Below, in pieces: positions 55,918-64,000 of a DNA stretch of 64,000 bases. The DNA comes from a virus. The stretch lies in the IMG/VR virus record IMGVR_UViG_3300031519_000002; one strand, 5' to 3'. The position numbers were made by a program, and so were the translations under genes. How positions within the stretch are numbered: the stretch's first letter is position 1; each line of letters begins with the position of its first letter. Under the pieces are notes generated by a model. That model saw only the letters and a program-made list of their open reading frames with translations, was not told where the DNA came from and searched no databases.

Positions 55918-57081
55918 TTAGCTGAATGTTACGTTGGAAATACTTACTCTTCCAAGGTAGTCAGCCGCGTTACCAAGTGAACTAGCAACGTTTGATAATT
56001 CAACGTAGCCGTAACGTGTCATGAACGATACAACAGGCTCAAATGTGCCTGGATCCAATACAACACCACTTGACATTAGTGGAATATAAGGAGCGTAGAA
56101 CGCTGGTGCGTCTGATTCGCTTGATCCTTTAAATCCAACTAGTACGTCAGTTGCGTCTGAAGCATATGCGTCAACGTATACTTTCATTGCACCGTTTAAA
56201 GTACCAACCATTTTAGTGTTAGTTGGAGCTTCAAAAGTACCTTCAGTTGTACGTGCAAATGCACTTGTTGTTGCAGACTGTAGGATAGTTAATGCAAATG
56301 GTGAAACCACTGCATAGTTACCTGCACCGCGACGTGTACGTGCCGCAATCTTGTTAGCAACTCTGTTGATCATAACAGCTAATGCCGCATGCTCATCACC
56401 AACAAAAGTAGCAGTGCCACTTACGCCAGCTTGGTCGAATTGCACGTCTGATTCTGCAGAGCCAGCTAAACTACGTAAAGAAGCTAAGATTTCTTGGTCG
56501 ATTTCAGCAGTAATTTCTTGTGCTAATGCCGCCATGATTTCAGCTTCGATGTCGATGCCTTGCTGTGCTTGTGCATCTTGAGCCGCTTCAAATGTCCAAC
56601 GAGCACTTAACTTACGTGTCTTCGCTTCCACTGTCTGCTTCAAGATTTGAATTGACAAACGCTTGCCTGCCGCACCTTCAAGTGTTGCTGTTGCATCTGC
56701 TTTGTCGGTAGAACCGCCGCCACTGTAGCCAACACCAATTTTGAACGGTGATAGTGCTTCTTCGCCTGCAACTACATCATCTAATGTATCCGCATAACGA
56801 ACTCTTAATGTGTGGATCTGACCCACGGGACCTGTCATAGGCTGTACACCAACTAATTCGTTGGCAATAACAGTCGGCATAACACGTCTGATTACTGGTA
56901 GGATAACTCTGTTAAGAGTTGCAACATTACCTGCTGAAGATGCACCCGCTGTAGCTGTCTCTGCTAAATACCTTTTGGTATTCTCAAGAGTCACGCCCAT
57001 TACGGCTTTCTTATTGCCTGTTAGGCCTTCAAGAAGTGCAGTCTTTGTATCCTGCCAGCGACTTTCTAATAGTTCTGACAT
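55918..57081 (-). CDS. gp23: Major capsid protein (T4 gp23-like, 387 aa)
   Basis: RRVMPTVIANELVGVQPMTGPVGQI, VEAKTRKLSARWTFEAAQD, EITAEIDQEI, YAPYIPL, TRYG. Confidence 0.95.
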   Translation of the reverse strand: MSELLESRWQDTKTALLEGLTGNKKAVMGVTLENTKRYLAETATAGASSAGNVATLNRVILPVIRRVMPTVIANELVGVQPMTGPVGQIHTLRVRYADTLDDVVAGEEALSPFKIGVGYSGGGSTDKADATATLEGAAGKRLSIQILKQTVEAKTRKLSARWTFEAAQDAQAQQGIDIEAEIMAALAQEITAEIDQEILASLRSLAGSAESDVQFDQAGVSGTATFVGDEHAALAVMINRVANKIAARTRRGAGNYAVVSPFALTILQSATTSAFARTTEGTFEAPTNTKMVGTLNGAMKVYVDAYASDATDVLVGFKGSSESDAPAFYAPYIPLMSSGVVLDPGTFEPVVSFMTRYGYVELSNVASSLGNAADYLGRVSISNVTFS

Positions 57082-57091
57082 TTCATTCTCC

Positions 57092-58195
57092 TTATTTCAA
57101 TCCTGCAAGGCGTCTAATATCAACTACGTTATCCGTAGCTAATGGGCTTGCATCTATGTCATTTGTTTGTTTATTGCCTGTGATTTGTGTGCCTTCAGTA
57201 AGTGTTGTTGCCTTGGTCTTCTTCGCTGGAGTGCTTCCTGCAATTACGCTAGGCATGTACTTATCGAACGACTTTTGTAGTCTATCGGTTTGTACAGATT
57301 CCAGCAAGTCCGCCATGATATCTCTTTGACCTTCGTTTAAAGGTGAAAGTAATTCATTCATAGTTTCCTTACGTACCGCGCTGTTAGTAGCTTGTTTAAT
57401 TTCAGCATTTTTGCTTTCAACTAGACTTACTGCCTGTCCTGCGATCTTTTTAGCTTCAGCTAATTGTTTATCTTTCAACCCAACTACTTTAAGTAGTTTT
57501 GCAGATTCAGATTTTTCATTAAGATAGCTGTTAGTATATTCTGATGCAAAAGATTCAAAAATCTTACGTCCAAAATCATTCTTACGTGCTGTATCAATGT
57601 CCTCTTTAAGTTGAGTCATTTCTTTGTTAAGACCTTTCTCAACTGTCTCTGCAACAATCTTTGTTGCGTCTGTGATAAACTTAGTTTTAACTTTAGCTAG
57701 ATGTGTTTTAGCTTCACGTACAAGTTTTACCTTGGTTTCAGCTAAATCTTTCTTATCTTCGTAAAACTCTGCAATTTCTTTTGATAATCCATCAATAACA
57801 AAATTCTCAAGTTTGGAAAATTTACTTGCCATAGCTTTCTGATCTTCGTGTAGCTCGCCAATTTCTTTGCCCAACTGTTGCGTCACAAATTTTTGCATTA
57901 GTCCTGCGTTTTCACGCATTGCTACTGCATATTTTGCTCTTGCTTCAGCTAGTTTTTGACGGTCATCTGCGAATTCAGTAATCTCTTCGCCGAGTTTTTC
58001 TTCTAACATTGTATCAATAGCTTCCACCATTGATGCTTTGTCATGCTCATATTTCTGAGCGAACTCTTCGCGAAGTTCAGCAGTAGCTTGCATACGATTC
58101 TCTTGAATCTTCTGCTCCCAAGCTCCTTCGATTTCTGCTCTGATTTCTTCTGAAACAACATTGTTTTCAAAGAGTGTCTTCAGTGCATCTAACAT
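57092..58195 (-). CDS. gp22: Prohead scaffolding protein (gp22-like)
   Basis: Glu/Lys-rich coiled-coil protein between the protease and capsid genes. Confidence 0.8.
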   Translation of the reverse strand: MLDALKTLFENNVVSEEIRAEIEGAWEQKIQENRMQATAELREEFAQKYEHDKASMVEAIDTMLEEKLGEEITEFADDRQKLAEARAKYAVAMRENAGLMQKFVTQQLGKEIGELHEDQKAMASKFSKLENFVIDGLSKEIAEFYEDKKDLAETKVKLVREAKTHLAKVKTKFITDATKIVAETVEKGLNKEMTQLKEDIDTARKNDFGRKIFESFASEYTNSYLNEKSESAKLLKVVGLKDKQLAEAKKIAGQAVSLVESKNAEIKQATNSAVRKETMNELLSPLNEGQRDIMADLLESVQTDRLQKSFDKYMPSVIAGSTPAKKTKATTLTEGTQITGNKQTNDIDASPLATDNVVDIRRLAGLK

Positions 58196-58208
58196 TCTTT
58201 TCTCCTTG

Positions 58209-58850
58209 TTAGCGGAGACCGCTGATAATATTCACCAACGATTCCTTTAGGTATTTCTGTGCCTTTGCATCGCCCTGTAATTCTTGAGCCATATTGATTG
58301 CCTTATACCCACCACGAGTATTCATTAAGTGTTCGTAAATTGGAGTTGGGTACGCTCCAGGAGCACTTGGTTGGGCAACGGCGTCAACTGTAATAATTTC
58401 AAATTCGCTGACCTCGCCACTTCCATCGTCTTTCACATTTCCTGAACCCCTAGATGAAACACCTAGTTTAACGTTGCTCTCAAGCATTGTTTTAACTAGC
58501 TGTCCCATCGGAGTTGGAATTACTTTCAACTTACCATAACCATTTGGGCCATCCATCCACATTTCTGTAATCATATGACTTACACGGTCAAGGTTAATAT
58601 TAAGGCCTTCAGGATGATCAACTTCACCTAGTACACTATATCCACCTTTGATTTGATCGTTGAGCGTGTTGACAGCTCTACTAATCTCACTTACAGGATA
58701 AACACGTTGGTTGGCGTTACGAACACCTCCCTGAATGCAAATACCCTTGAGATACAAGTCTTTTCCACCTGCATCATTTTCAGTAGTCTCGACGACCATC
58801 TTTGCCTGGTCGAATGATAGTGTTTCAGTTAAATTAAACATCTTATTCAT
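58209..58850 (-). CDS. gp21: Prohead maturation protease (gp21-like)
   Basis: NANQRVYP, GEVDHP, LDRVSH, GVSSRGSG, DAVAQPSAPGA. Confidence 0.93.
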   Translation of the reverse strand: MNKMFNLTETLSFDQAKMVVETTENDAGGKDLYLKGICIQGGVRNANQRVYPVSEISRAVNTLNDQIKGGYSVLGEVDHPEGLNINLDRVSHMITEMWMDGPNGYGKLKVIPTPMGQLVKTMLESNVKLGVSSRGSGNVKDDGSGEVSEFEIITVDAVAQPSAPGAYPTPIYEHLMNTRGGYKAINMAQELQGDAKAQKYLKESLVNIISGLR

Positions 58851-58862
58851 CTGAGTTCCTTA

Positions 58863-59765
58863 TTACTTGCCAACAACACTTTTAGTGTTAGCGGCCTTTT
58901 CACCTGTAGCAGGTGCTTTAGCGTTTGACATTGACTTAGAAGCTTTTCCGCCTGGTACGTTTACGTTCCCTGCATTATCTTCTTTAGCTGACATTGCTGA
59001 GCCTGCTTCACTACCTGTACCGCCTTTTGCGATATTAGCAGTTGTGCCACCCATGTCATTTTTGCTTGCAACTGGTGATGTAGCTTTGTTATCTTCACCT
59101 GTTGGTGCTGATACTTTTTCTACGTACTCACGCATTTGTTCGCCTTCAGTCTTTGTACCTTCATAAGCCGGTACTTCATCGCTAAGTTCGGAAGTTTCAT
59201 AAGACTCTTCCTGCTCATCTTCATCACCTTCTTCATCATCCATATCCATGTCAGCTTCGTCGTCGCCAGCTTCTTCGCTGTCGTCTTCACCGCTCATCAT
59301 TTTTTCAAATTCTGCTTTAAGGTCATCAAGTGCATCTTCTAGGTCAACTACACGATCTTCAACATCTGCATCGTCCATTTCGTCGCCCATATCCATTTCA
59401 TCGCCATTAGCTTCAATGTCATCGATAAAGTCATCTGCTTTGTCGCCGCCCATTGGGTCTGCTTCTGGTGTGAATTCTCCGAAGTTTTCTTCAACTTCTT
59501 CGTCGGTAGTTTCGTCAAGATCTTCGTCATCTGAAGCTTCATCAACTTCTTCGTCAGTTGCTTCATCTACTTCTTCATCTGTAGTTTCATCAACTTCTTC
59601 GTCAGTTGCTTCGTCTACTTCAAGATCTTCTAAATCTGTTTCTAGCATCTTTTCGTAGATACCACGTGATTTTTCAATCACAAATTCGTGGAAAAGCTCA
59701 TCGGCTCCCGCACGATCGTTATTAACTAATTTTTCAAGCATTTGCTCGAGTTTGTTATCCGCCAT
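58863..59765 (-). CDS. Highly acidic prohead core protein (gp67/gp68-like position)
   Basis: D/E-rich low-complexity protein directly upstream of gp21. Confidence 0.65.
   Translation of the reverse strand: MADNKLEQMLEKLVNNDRAGADELFHEFVIEKSRGIYEKMLETDLEDLEVDEATDEEVDETTDEEVDEATDEEVDEASDDEDLDETTDEEVEENFGEFTPEADPMGGDKADDFIDDIEANGDEMDMGDEMDDADVEDRVVDLEDALDDLKAEFEKMMSGEDDSEEAGDDEADMDMDDEEGDEDEQEESYETSELSDEVPAYEGTKTEGEQMREYVEKVSAPTGEDNKATSPVASKNDMGGTTANIAKGGTGSEAGSAMSAKEDNAGNVNVPGGKASKSMSNAKAPATGEKAANTKSVVGK
59533..59621 (-). repeat. 24-bp tandem repeat encoding EVDE(A/T)TDE
   Basis: About four copies, visible in both DNA and protein. Confidence 0.75.
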
Positions 59766-59808
59766 TTGTTCTCTCCTATAATTTAAGTTTCGTAAGGCTG
59801 TCTAATAT

Positions 59809-59816
59809 TATTTACA
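59809..59816 (-). promoter_or_regulatory. Late-promoter-like TGTAAATA for the core-protease-scaffold-capsid operon
   Basis: Intergenic TAAATA core. Confidence 0.65.
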
Positions 59817-59875
59817 TAATGATTAGAAAATACACGGTAAACGGCCTCATTACGAGTCGTTTTGAAATAAACCGT

Positions 59876-60475
59876 CTAAAAATCATAATATCTTTTAAAT
59901 TCGCTAACTGTTATGTGTGACAAATTCGTACATTTTTTTAATTGCTTAGGTACAAAGTCGTCGTTATCTGATACTATTCTAATAAATTTCTTGCCTTGAT
60001 GTGCATCACAAGTTGATGCTGTTTGCCTTTCCCAGTTACCAAAATAAGTTGCAGGCTCACCTTGTTTTTTATAATTGTGTGTTCCTGCGTATAAGTTATT
60101 TACCTTTGTGCGGTTCCCCACATCGTCCTTTGTGCCATGAAAGTCAAAACCTAAGATGTATATAGTATCATGTGCGTGTGTACTTGCTAACCATAATGCT
60201 GTAGGACCACTGCTCCATCCTTTTGCTGGTTGAAAAAAATTAAATCCTTGCATGCCACTGTATTGCTTATTTGGATTTGTCCATACTGGATGATTCATCT
60301 GATACTTAGCATGGTTAATTTCTAAAATCATCTTTACATCTACAGCAACCAAGTAGTCAGGCTCAAATGTACGAAATACTGCATTACATGCATATACTTT
60401 TCCGTATTTTTTTAAAGAGTGCAGTTCAAGGTCTTTACGGCTAGTGCCATTACCTATTACGAAAGCAACGGTCAT
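59876..60475 (-). CDS. Maf/DUF115/sialyltransferase-fold glycosyltransferase-like protein
   Basis: FVIGNGTSR, YACNA...PDYLVAVD, SSGPTA, IYILGFDF. Confidence 0.65.
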   Translation of the reverse strand: MTVAFVIGNGTSRKDLELHSLKKYGKVYACNAVFRTFEPDYLVAVDVKMILEINHAKYQMNHPVWTNPNKQYSGMQGFNFFQPAKGWSSGPTALWLASTHAHDTIYILGFDFHGTKDDVGNRTKVNNLYAGTHNYKKQGEPATYFGNWERQTASTCDAHQGKKFIRIVSDNDDFVPKQLKKCTNLSHITVSEFKRYYDF

Positions 60476-60483
60476 TTAAAATC

Positions 60484-60723
60484 CTATATTTCAGGCTGTG
60501 CTTGGATACCATACATTTGGCGTACAAATGATAATTCTTTTTGTTTCTCTTCGGCGTGCATTTCTGAACCCCTACGTGCTTTATTGATCTGTTTTAATGT
60601 AAGCCGTGTTTTACGTGTGTCGTCACGATTAACAATGCTCTTGTCATCAGTAGCATCGTAGGACTTGTCCTCAGTAGGCTCAAGTGTTTCTTTATCAAAA
60701 TAAAATAGTTCACGTAGTATCAT
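60484..60723 (-). CDS. Small hypothetical protein in the head module
   Basis: ORF directly after the portal gene; RKTRLTLKQINK. Confidence 0.65.
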   Translation of the reverse strand: MILRELFYFDKETLEPTEDKSYDATDDKSIVNRDDTRKTRLTLKQINKARRGSEMHAEEKQKELSFVRQMYGIQAQPEI

Positions 60724-60728
60724 AATGT

Positions 60729-60736
60729 TATTTATG
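60729..60736 (-). promoter_or_regulatory. Late-promoter-like CATAAATA
   Basis: Overlaps the portal stop codon, 5 nt before the next ATG. Confidence 0.55.
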
Positions 60737-62459
60737 CCTCTGCCGGGGCTTCTGGTGCCGGGGTGGTTACTGAGTCAGGACCTTCGCCTGCTCCAACAAT
60801 TTCGCCGCCTTCGCCGCCTTCAAGTTCATCAACGCTTGCATCTAGGTCTGCATCCATACCAGCACCTGTAATACCTGCGCCACGCATTTCGCCTGCCGCA
60901 TCAGTAGGTGATGTTGTGATTAACTCATCGTTCTCTTCTTTCCAGTAACGTTCATTTTCTGCAACTTCTGAATCGCTCATTCCTAAGAAACGTTTCATTG
61001 CATATCTATTACTAATAAACGGAATAGTTTGTATTTGTGCAAATGTACCAATACGCTGATTATCTAATTCACTTTGTCTGTAACTTGCAAAGTTTTGTGG
61101 TGGTTGGAATAAAAGATCAAACATTGCAATATCAACGTTAATACCCTTTTCTATTAGATAGCGTTTAAACTCTTGGTTAAACACTTCTGCAATTAGATTT
61201 TGTAAACGTTCGCAATACTTGTTAAAGCGTAGTTCTTGAATATATGCTGTACCTACTCTACCATCACTAATTTGTGCGCCAACGTCATCTTGCGCCGCGG
61301 CTGGTAAGTAACTACTTGGAATACGCAATCCTCTAACAAGTTTGTTAGTAAAGTATTTTAGATCGTCAATCTCACCTAAGTTAGTTCCGCCTGGCAGTGT
61401 TTCAACTTTAGAACCTCTACCTTCAGCAGTTTGTGGGAAGAAGTAATCTTCGTTAGTTGACAAAGGGTTATAAGCTGAGTCTATGACTGATGTTCCGCCG
61501 CCTGTCTTCGATGGGATTCGCCTTTGATGAATTTCCGTTTTAACACGCTCAACAAATTGCATAGCAAGGTGTGATGGCATGTTGCCCACATCAACGTAGA
61601 ATACTCTTCTTTCCGGAGCTCGTTGTGTACGATAGATAATAATCGCATCTTCAAGCAATTCTTTTTGTTTGTATACTTTAAAGATACCTTCAAGTAAACT
61701 GTTACCAAAGGGTGCATTGTTGTCTAACCCTTCTGATAAACTTAGGTGTACCATATGTGCGGCATCAACTGCAATTTCTTTTGTTTTGTCATGCCCAAAT
61801 CTACCAGCACTTGAACCAGAGGTTTGTGTGTTGCCAACCATACCTCTAACGCCACCTGTTAAATATCCGTCTCCACCACCAGTTGCATTACCGTTTGTTT
61901 GGAAAGGAGTTGTAGCTACGTTGTCAATAAAATTTAAGTTAATATCTCTTACAATATATTGCTCAGGAGTTTTACCTTCTGATTCATTAACAATAATACT
62001 TGAAACTTTTGCAGGATCAACGTGATGCCATTTTGCAGTTTCTGGATCTCTAATAAAAAATGCATCGCCGTATTTAAAAACATTACGAACAATTCTAAAC
62101 ATACGTGTACCAAAGTTATTCATTTTAGTCCACTGTTGTAAGTATTGCTCAAGTACTTTAACTTCTGAGTTAGTTGCTATTTTCTTAAAATCAATACTAA
62201 AACTTGTTTTATTGATTGGATTCTGTTGTGAGCAAAATTCAGCAAGAATATCTAGTGCCGCATTTACTTCACTATCTTGATCCATAGTATTGTATTGACC
62301 GTAACGCTCAACTCTGTTAGGAGCGCCTGTGTAAACATCTGGAAGGAAACTGGAGTAATTAGACCTTGCTGGTCCGGGTTGCTGGCCTTGTCCCATACTT
62401 AGCGGGCTACGTGTACCTGCGTCACCTTCAACTGGTGTAAAATATCTTTTCCAACTCAT
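60732..62459 (-). CDS. gp20: Portal protein (T4 gp20-like)
   Basis: LLEDAIIIYRTQRAPERRVFYVDVGNMP, EDYFFP...EGRGSKVETLPGG.NLGEIDD, ELRF.KYCERLQ. Confidence 0.95.
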   Translation of the reverse strand: MSWKRYFTPVEGDAGTRSPLSMGQGQQPGPARSNYSSFLPDVYTGAPNRVERYGQYNTMDQDSEVNAALDILAEFCSQQNPINKTSFSIDFKKIATNSEVKVLEQYLQQWTKMNNFGTRMFRIVRNVFKYGDAFFIRDPETAKWHHVDPAKVSSIIVNESEGKTPEQYIVRDINLNFIDNVATTPFQTNGNATGGGDGYLTGGVRGMVGNTQTSGSSAGRFGHDKTKEIAVDAAHMVHLSLSEGLDNNAPFGNSLLEGIFKVYKQKELLEDAIIIYRTQRAPERRVFYVDVGNMPSHLAMQFVERVKTEIHQRRIPSKTGGGTSVIDSAYNPLSTNEDYFFPQTAEGRGSKVETLPGGTNLGEIDDLKYFTNKLVRGLRIPSSYLPAAAQDDVGAQISDGRVGTAYIQELRFNKYCERLQNLIAEVFNQEFKRYLIEKGINVDIAMFDLLFQPPQNFASYRQSELDNQRIGTFAQIQTIPFISNRYAMKRFLGMSDSEVAENERYWKEENDELITTSPTDAAGEMRGAGITGAGMDADLDASVDELEGGEGGEIVGAGEGPDSVTTPAPEAPAEA

Positions 62460-62483
62460 GTTTCGTTTTCCTAAATTAGTATA

Positions 62484-64000
62484 CTATTGCAAATTGCCTT
62501 TAAGCTCTCTAGTTGCTGTAGTGTTCTTTTTAAATTCGTCTTTTAACTCGTCTATCTTAGTACTTAGCTTATCCCACCAACTATCACCCTCTGCTTCTGG
62601 AGTAGTTGTTGATCCGCTAGTATCTGATGATGTTGTTGATCCGCTTGTATCTGGTACTGTTACTGGTACTGTTACTTCTGGATTAGCTGTAGTTGTACTT
62701 GGTTCTGAAGCTGTTGGGCCTGCCGCTAACTTATTTTTAACCCAGTCTGGGGTCCAGCTAGGTAATGACTTTAATAGCCAGGCTTTAATATTTTCCCAAT
62801 TAAATATACTCGAAATGCCTGCTACTATAGTGTTAAACTTCTTACTAATACTTTTACCTAGTTCAGATGCGCTAAATTTGTCTTTGATTCCTTCCCAATC
62901 AAACACTGAAGCAATACCTGCAAATAGCAAAGTAGCTATTTTAACCCAAGGATTTAACGTGGCTAACATTTTAACTATTAACGTAGTAATTCCTAATCCA
63001 ATAGCTACCCATCCTAAGTTTTCAAATATTGAGCTAAACGCACTACTCAGTAATGGCTTTATTGTATCTATGAATAACTTTTTAGGATCAGTGAATAACT
63101 TTTCAAAGAACTCTACAATAGCAGGTTTGTATTTTGTCCACAGATCACTAAGTGTTGAAAACATACTTGACATTGTTGATATTATGCCGCCTTCACGTTG
63201 ACCGCCTCGAGAGCCGCCTGGTTCGTTTGGTATTTTTTCGCCCATAAACAAATCAGTTATAGATGCTATGAATTTAGTAACTCCATTTTTCATCATAGTT
63301 AAGCCATCACCCTTTAGCCATTCCCATGTTTTTGTAATAGATGGTAATACGTTGTCTGTAAATTCTGTAGATAATTTATCAAACATAGTTTTAGCTTCTT
63401 CACCTGACGGAATTAGATTAGCAATCATATCGCTTGCATCTTTAAAGATTCCACTGTCAACAAACGCGGCTTGTATTTTGCCTTGAATAGTTGCAACTGT
63501 TTCAGCAAAGGTCATTAGTTTTGCGGTAAGTGCATCACGTGCGCCTTGTTCTTTATCTGTGGCACCTTCTTGTGTTGTTTGTGCTCTTTGAAGTTGACCA
63601 GTCACCTGAAGGTATTCTGCCGCACTTCCGCCTGCCGCCATTGCGGCTTGTACACCAGCATCGCCCAGTGTTTTGGCAAATTTCATACCGTCCTTGCCAA
63701 CATTTACAGCAAACTCCGCGGCTTGTTCAGCCGTCATATTCTGTATGTTTTGTGCTTGTGTTCTAAACGTTTCGTTGTTGGCCATTAACTGTTGTGTAAG
63801 TGGATCGTTAGCAACTCCGTCAGCCATATCTAATAGTGCGGCTTCAAGTTGTGGAGATGTTGCAGACAGTGACTGTAAATTGAGGGCAAACTGTTCACCG
63901 TGTTTATTAATAGCCATTTGTCTACGAATGTCTAAATTCTTTGACTTCATTTCTGCTTCTAAATCTTTACGACTCTTACCAGTAAGTCTAGATATTTTAT
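62484..64000 (-). CDS. Tape-measure-like protein, 5'-partial
   Basis: The frame stays open to the window edge (KISRLTGKSRKDLEAEMKS...). Ala/Gln-rich helical sequence with a hydrophobic segment and W/F periodicity. Confidence 0.6.
   Translation of the reverse strand, partial: KISRLTGKSRKDLEAEMKSKNLDIRRQMAINKHGEQFALNLQSLSATSPQLEAALLDMADGVANDPLTQQLMANNETFRTQAQNIQNMTAEQAAEFAVNVGKDGMKFAKTLGDAGVQAAMAAGGSAAEYLQVTGQLQRAQTTQEGATDKEQGARDALTAKLMTFAETVATIQGKIQAAFVDSGIFKDASDMIANLIPSGEEAKTMFDKLSTEFTDNVLPSITKTWEWLKGDGLTMMKNGVTKFIASITDLFMGEKIPNEPGGSRGGQREGGIISTMSSMFSTLSDLWTKYKPAIVEFFEKLFTDPKKLFIDTIKPLLSSAFSSIFENLGWVAIGLGITTLIVKMLATLNPWVKIATLLFAGIASVFDWEGIKDKFSASELGKSISKKFNTIVAGISSIFNWENIKAWLLKSLPSWTPDWVKNKLAAGPTASEPSTTTANPEVTVPVTVPDTSGSTTSSDTSGSTTTPEAEGDSWWDKLSTKIDELKDEFKKNTTATRELKGNLQ

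Noticed and set aside
59533-59621. Possible CRISPR-like repeat
   Set aside because: It is an in-frame 24-bp coding tandem repeat with no spacers and no cas genes nearby.
59248-59658. Ser-rich 136-aa plus-strand ORF
   Set aside because: It is the antisense reading of the Asp/Glu-rich core protein codons.
13051-63788. Many 60-250 aa ORFs opposite or nested in long genes (for example 33419, 45269, 48365, 62458)
   Set aside because: No recognisable motifs were seen, and their composition mirrors the codon bias of the real genes.
1-64000. tRNA/rRNA genes, introns, inteins, integrase or transposase, stop-codon reassignment
   Set aside because: None was recognised. Intergenic gaps are short and the core genes are uninterrupted in the standard code. 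A tRNAscan-SE or Infernal run would be needed to be certain.

Overview
This window is the virion-morphogenesis region of a large, AT-rich T4-like myovirus. The gene content (flavin halogenases, TIGR02466- and DUF6445-type oxygenases, CBM-repeat fibres) suggests an aquatic phage. Most genes lie on the minus strand. Read from the right end, they are: a partial tape-measure-like gene, portal, a Maf/sialyltransferase-like gene, the prohead core, protease and scaffold genes, the major capsid gene, about 22 kb of paralogous fibre/baseplate genes, three tandem Cys/Gly-rich adhesin-like genes with a fibre chaperone, and a nine-gene tailoring-enzyme operon. That operon holds a GT9 heptosyltransferase-like gene, a carbamoyltransferase, four 2OG-Fe(II) oxygenases, a halogenase, an SGNH-like gene and gmhB. 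More structural genes follow. A plus-strand block (gp14, gp15, Nudix, two halogenases, hldE, hldD, cupin) lies to the right of gp13, dNMP kinase and the tail sheath gene; the sheath gene is missing from the ORF track. The main candidate novel system is a phage-encoded ADP-heptose pathway with a transferase and biosynthetic-cluster-like tailoring enzymes, embedded under late promoters among tail genes. It lacks GmhA but has a phosphomannose-isomerase-like cupin that may replace it, and it could decorate the virion chemically. Other notable signals are the 30-Cys adhesin-like triplet, two structured 5' leaders, D-S-S/T loop insertions in fibre proteins, and metal-binding or degenerate-enzyme domains in structural proteins. 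All calls come from motif recognition by eye; no searches were run.
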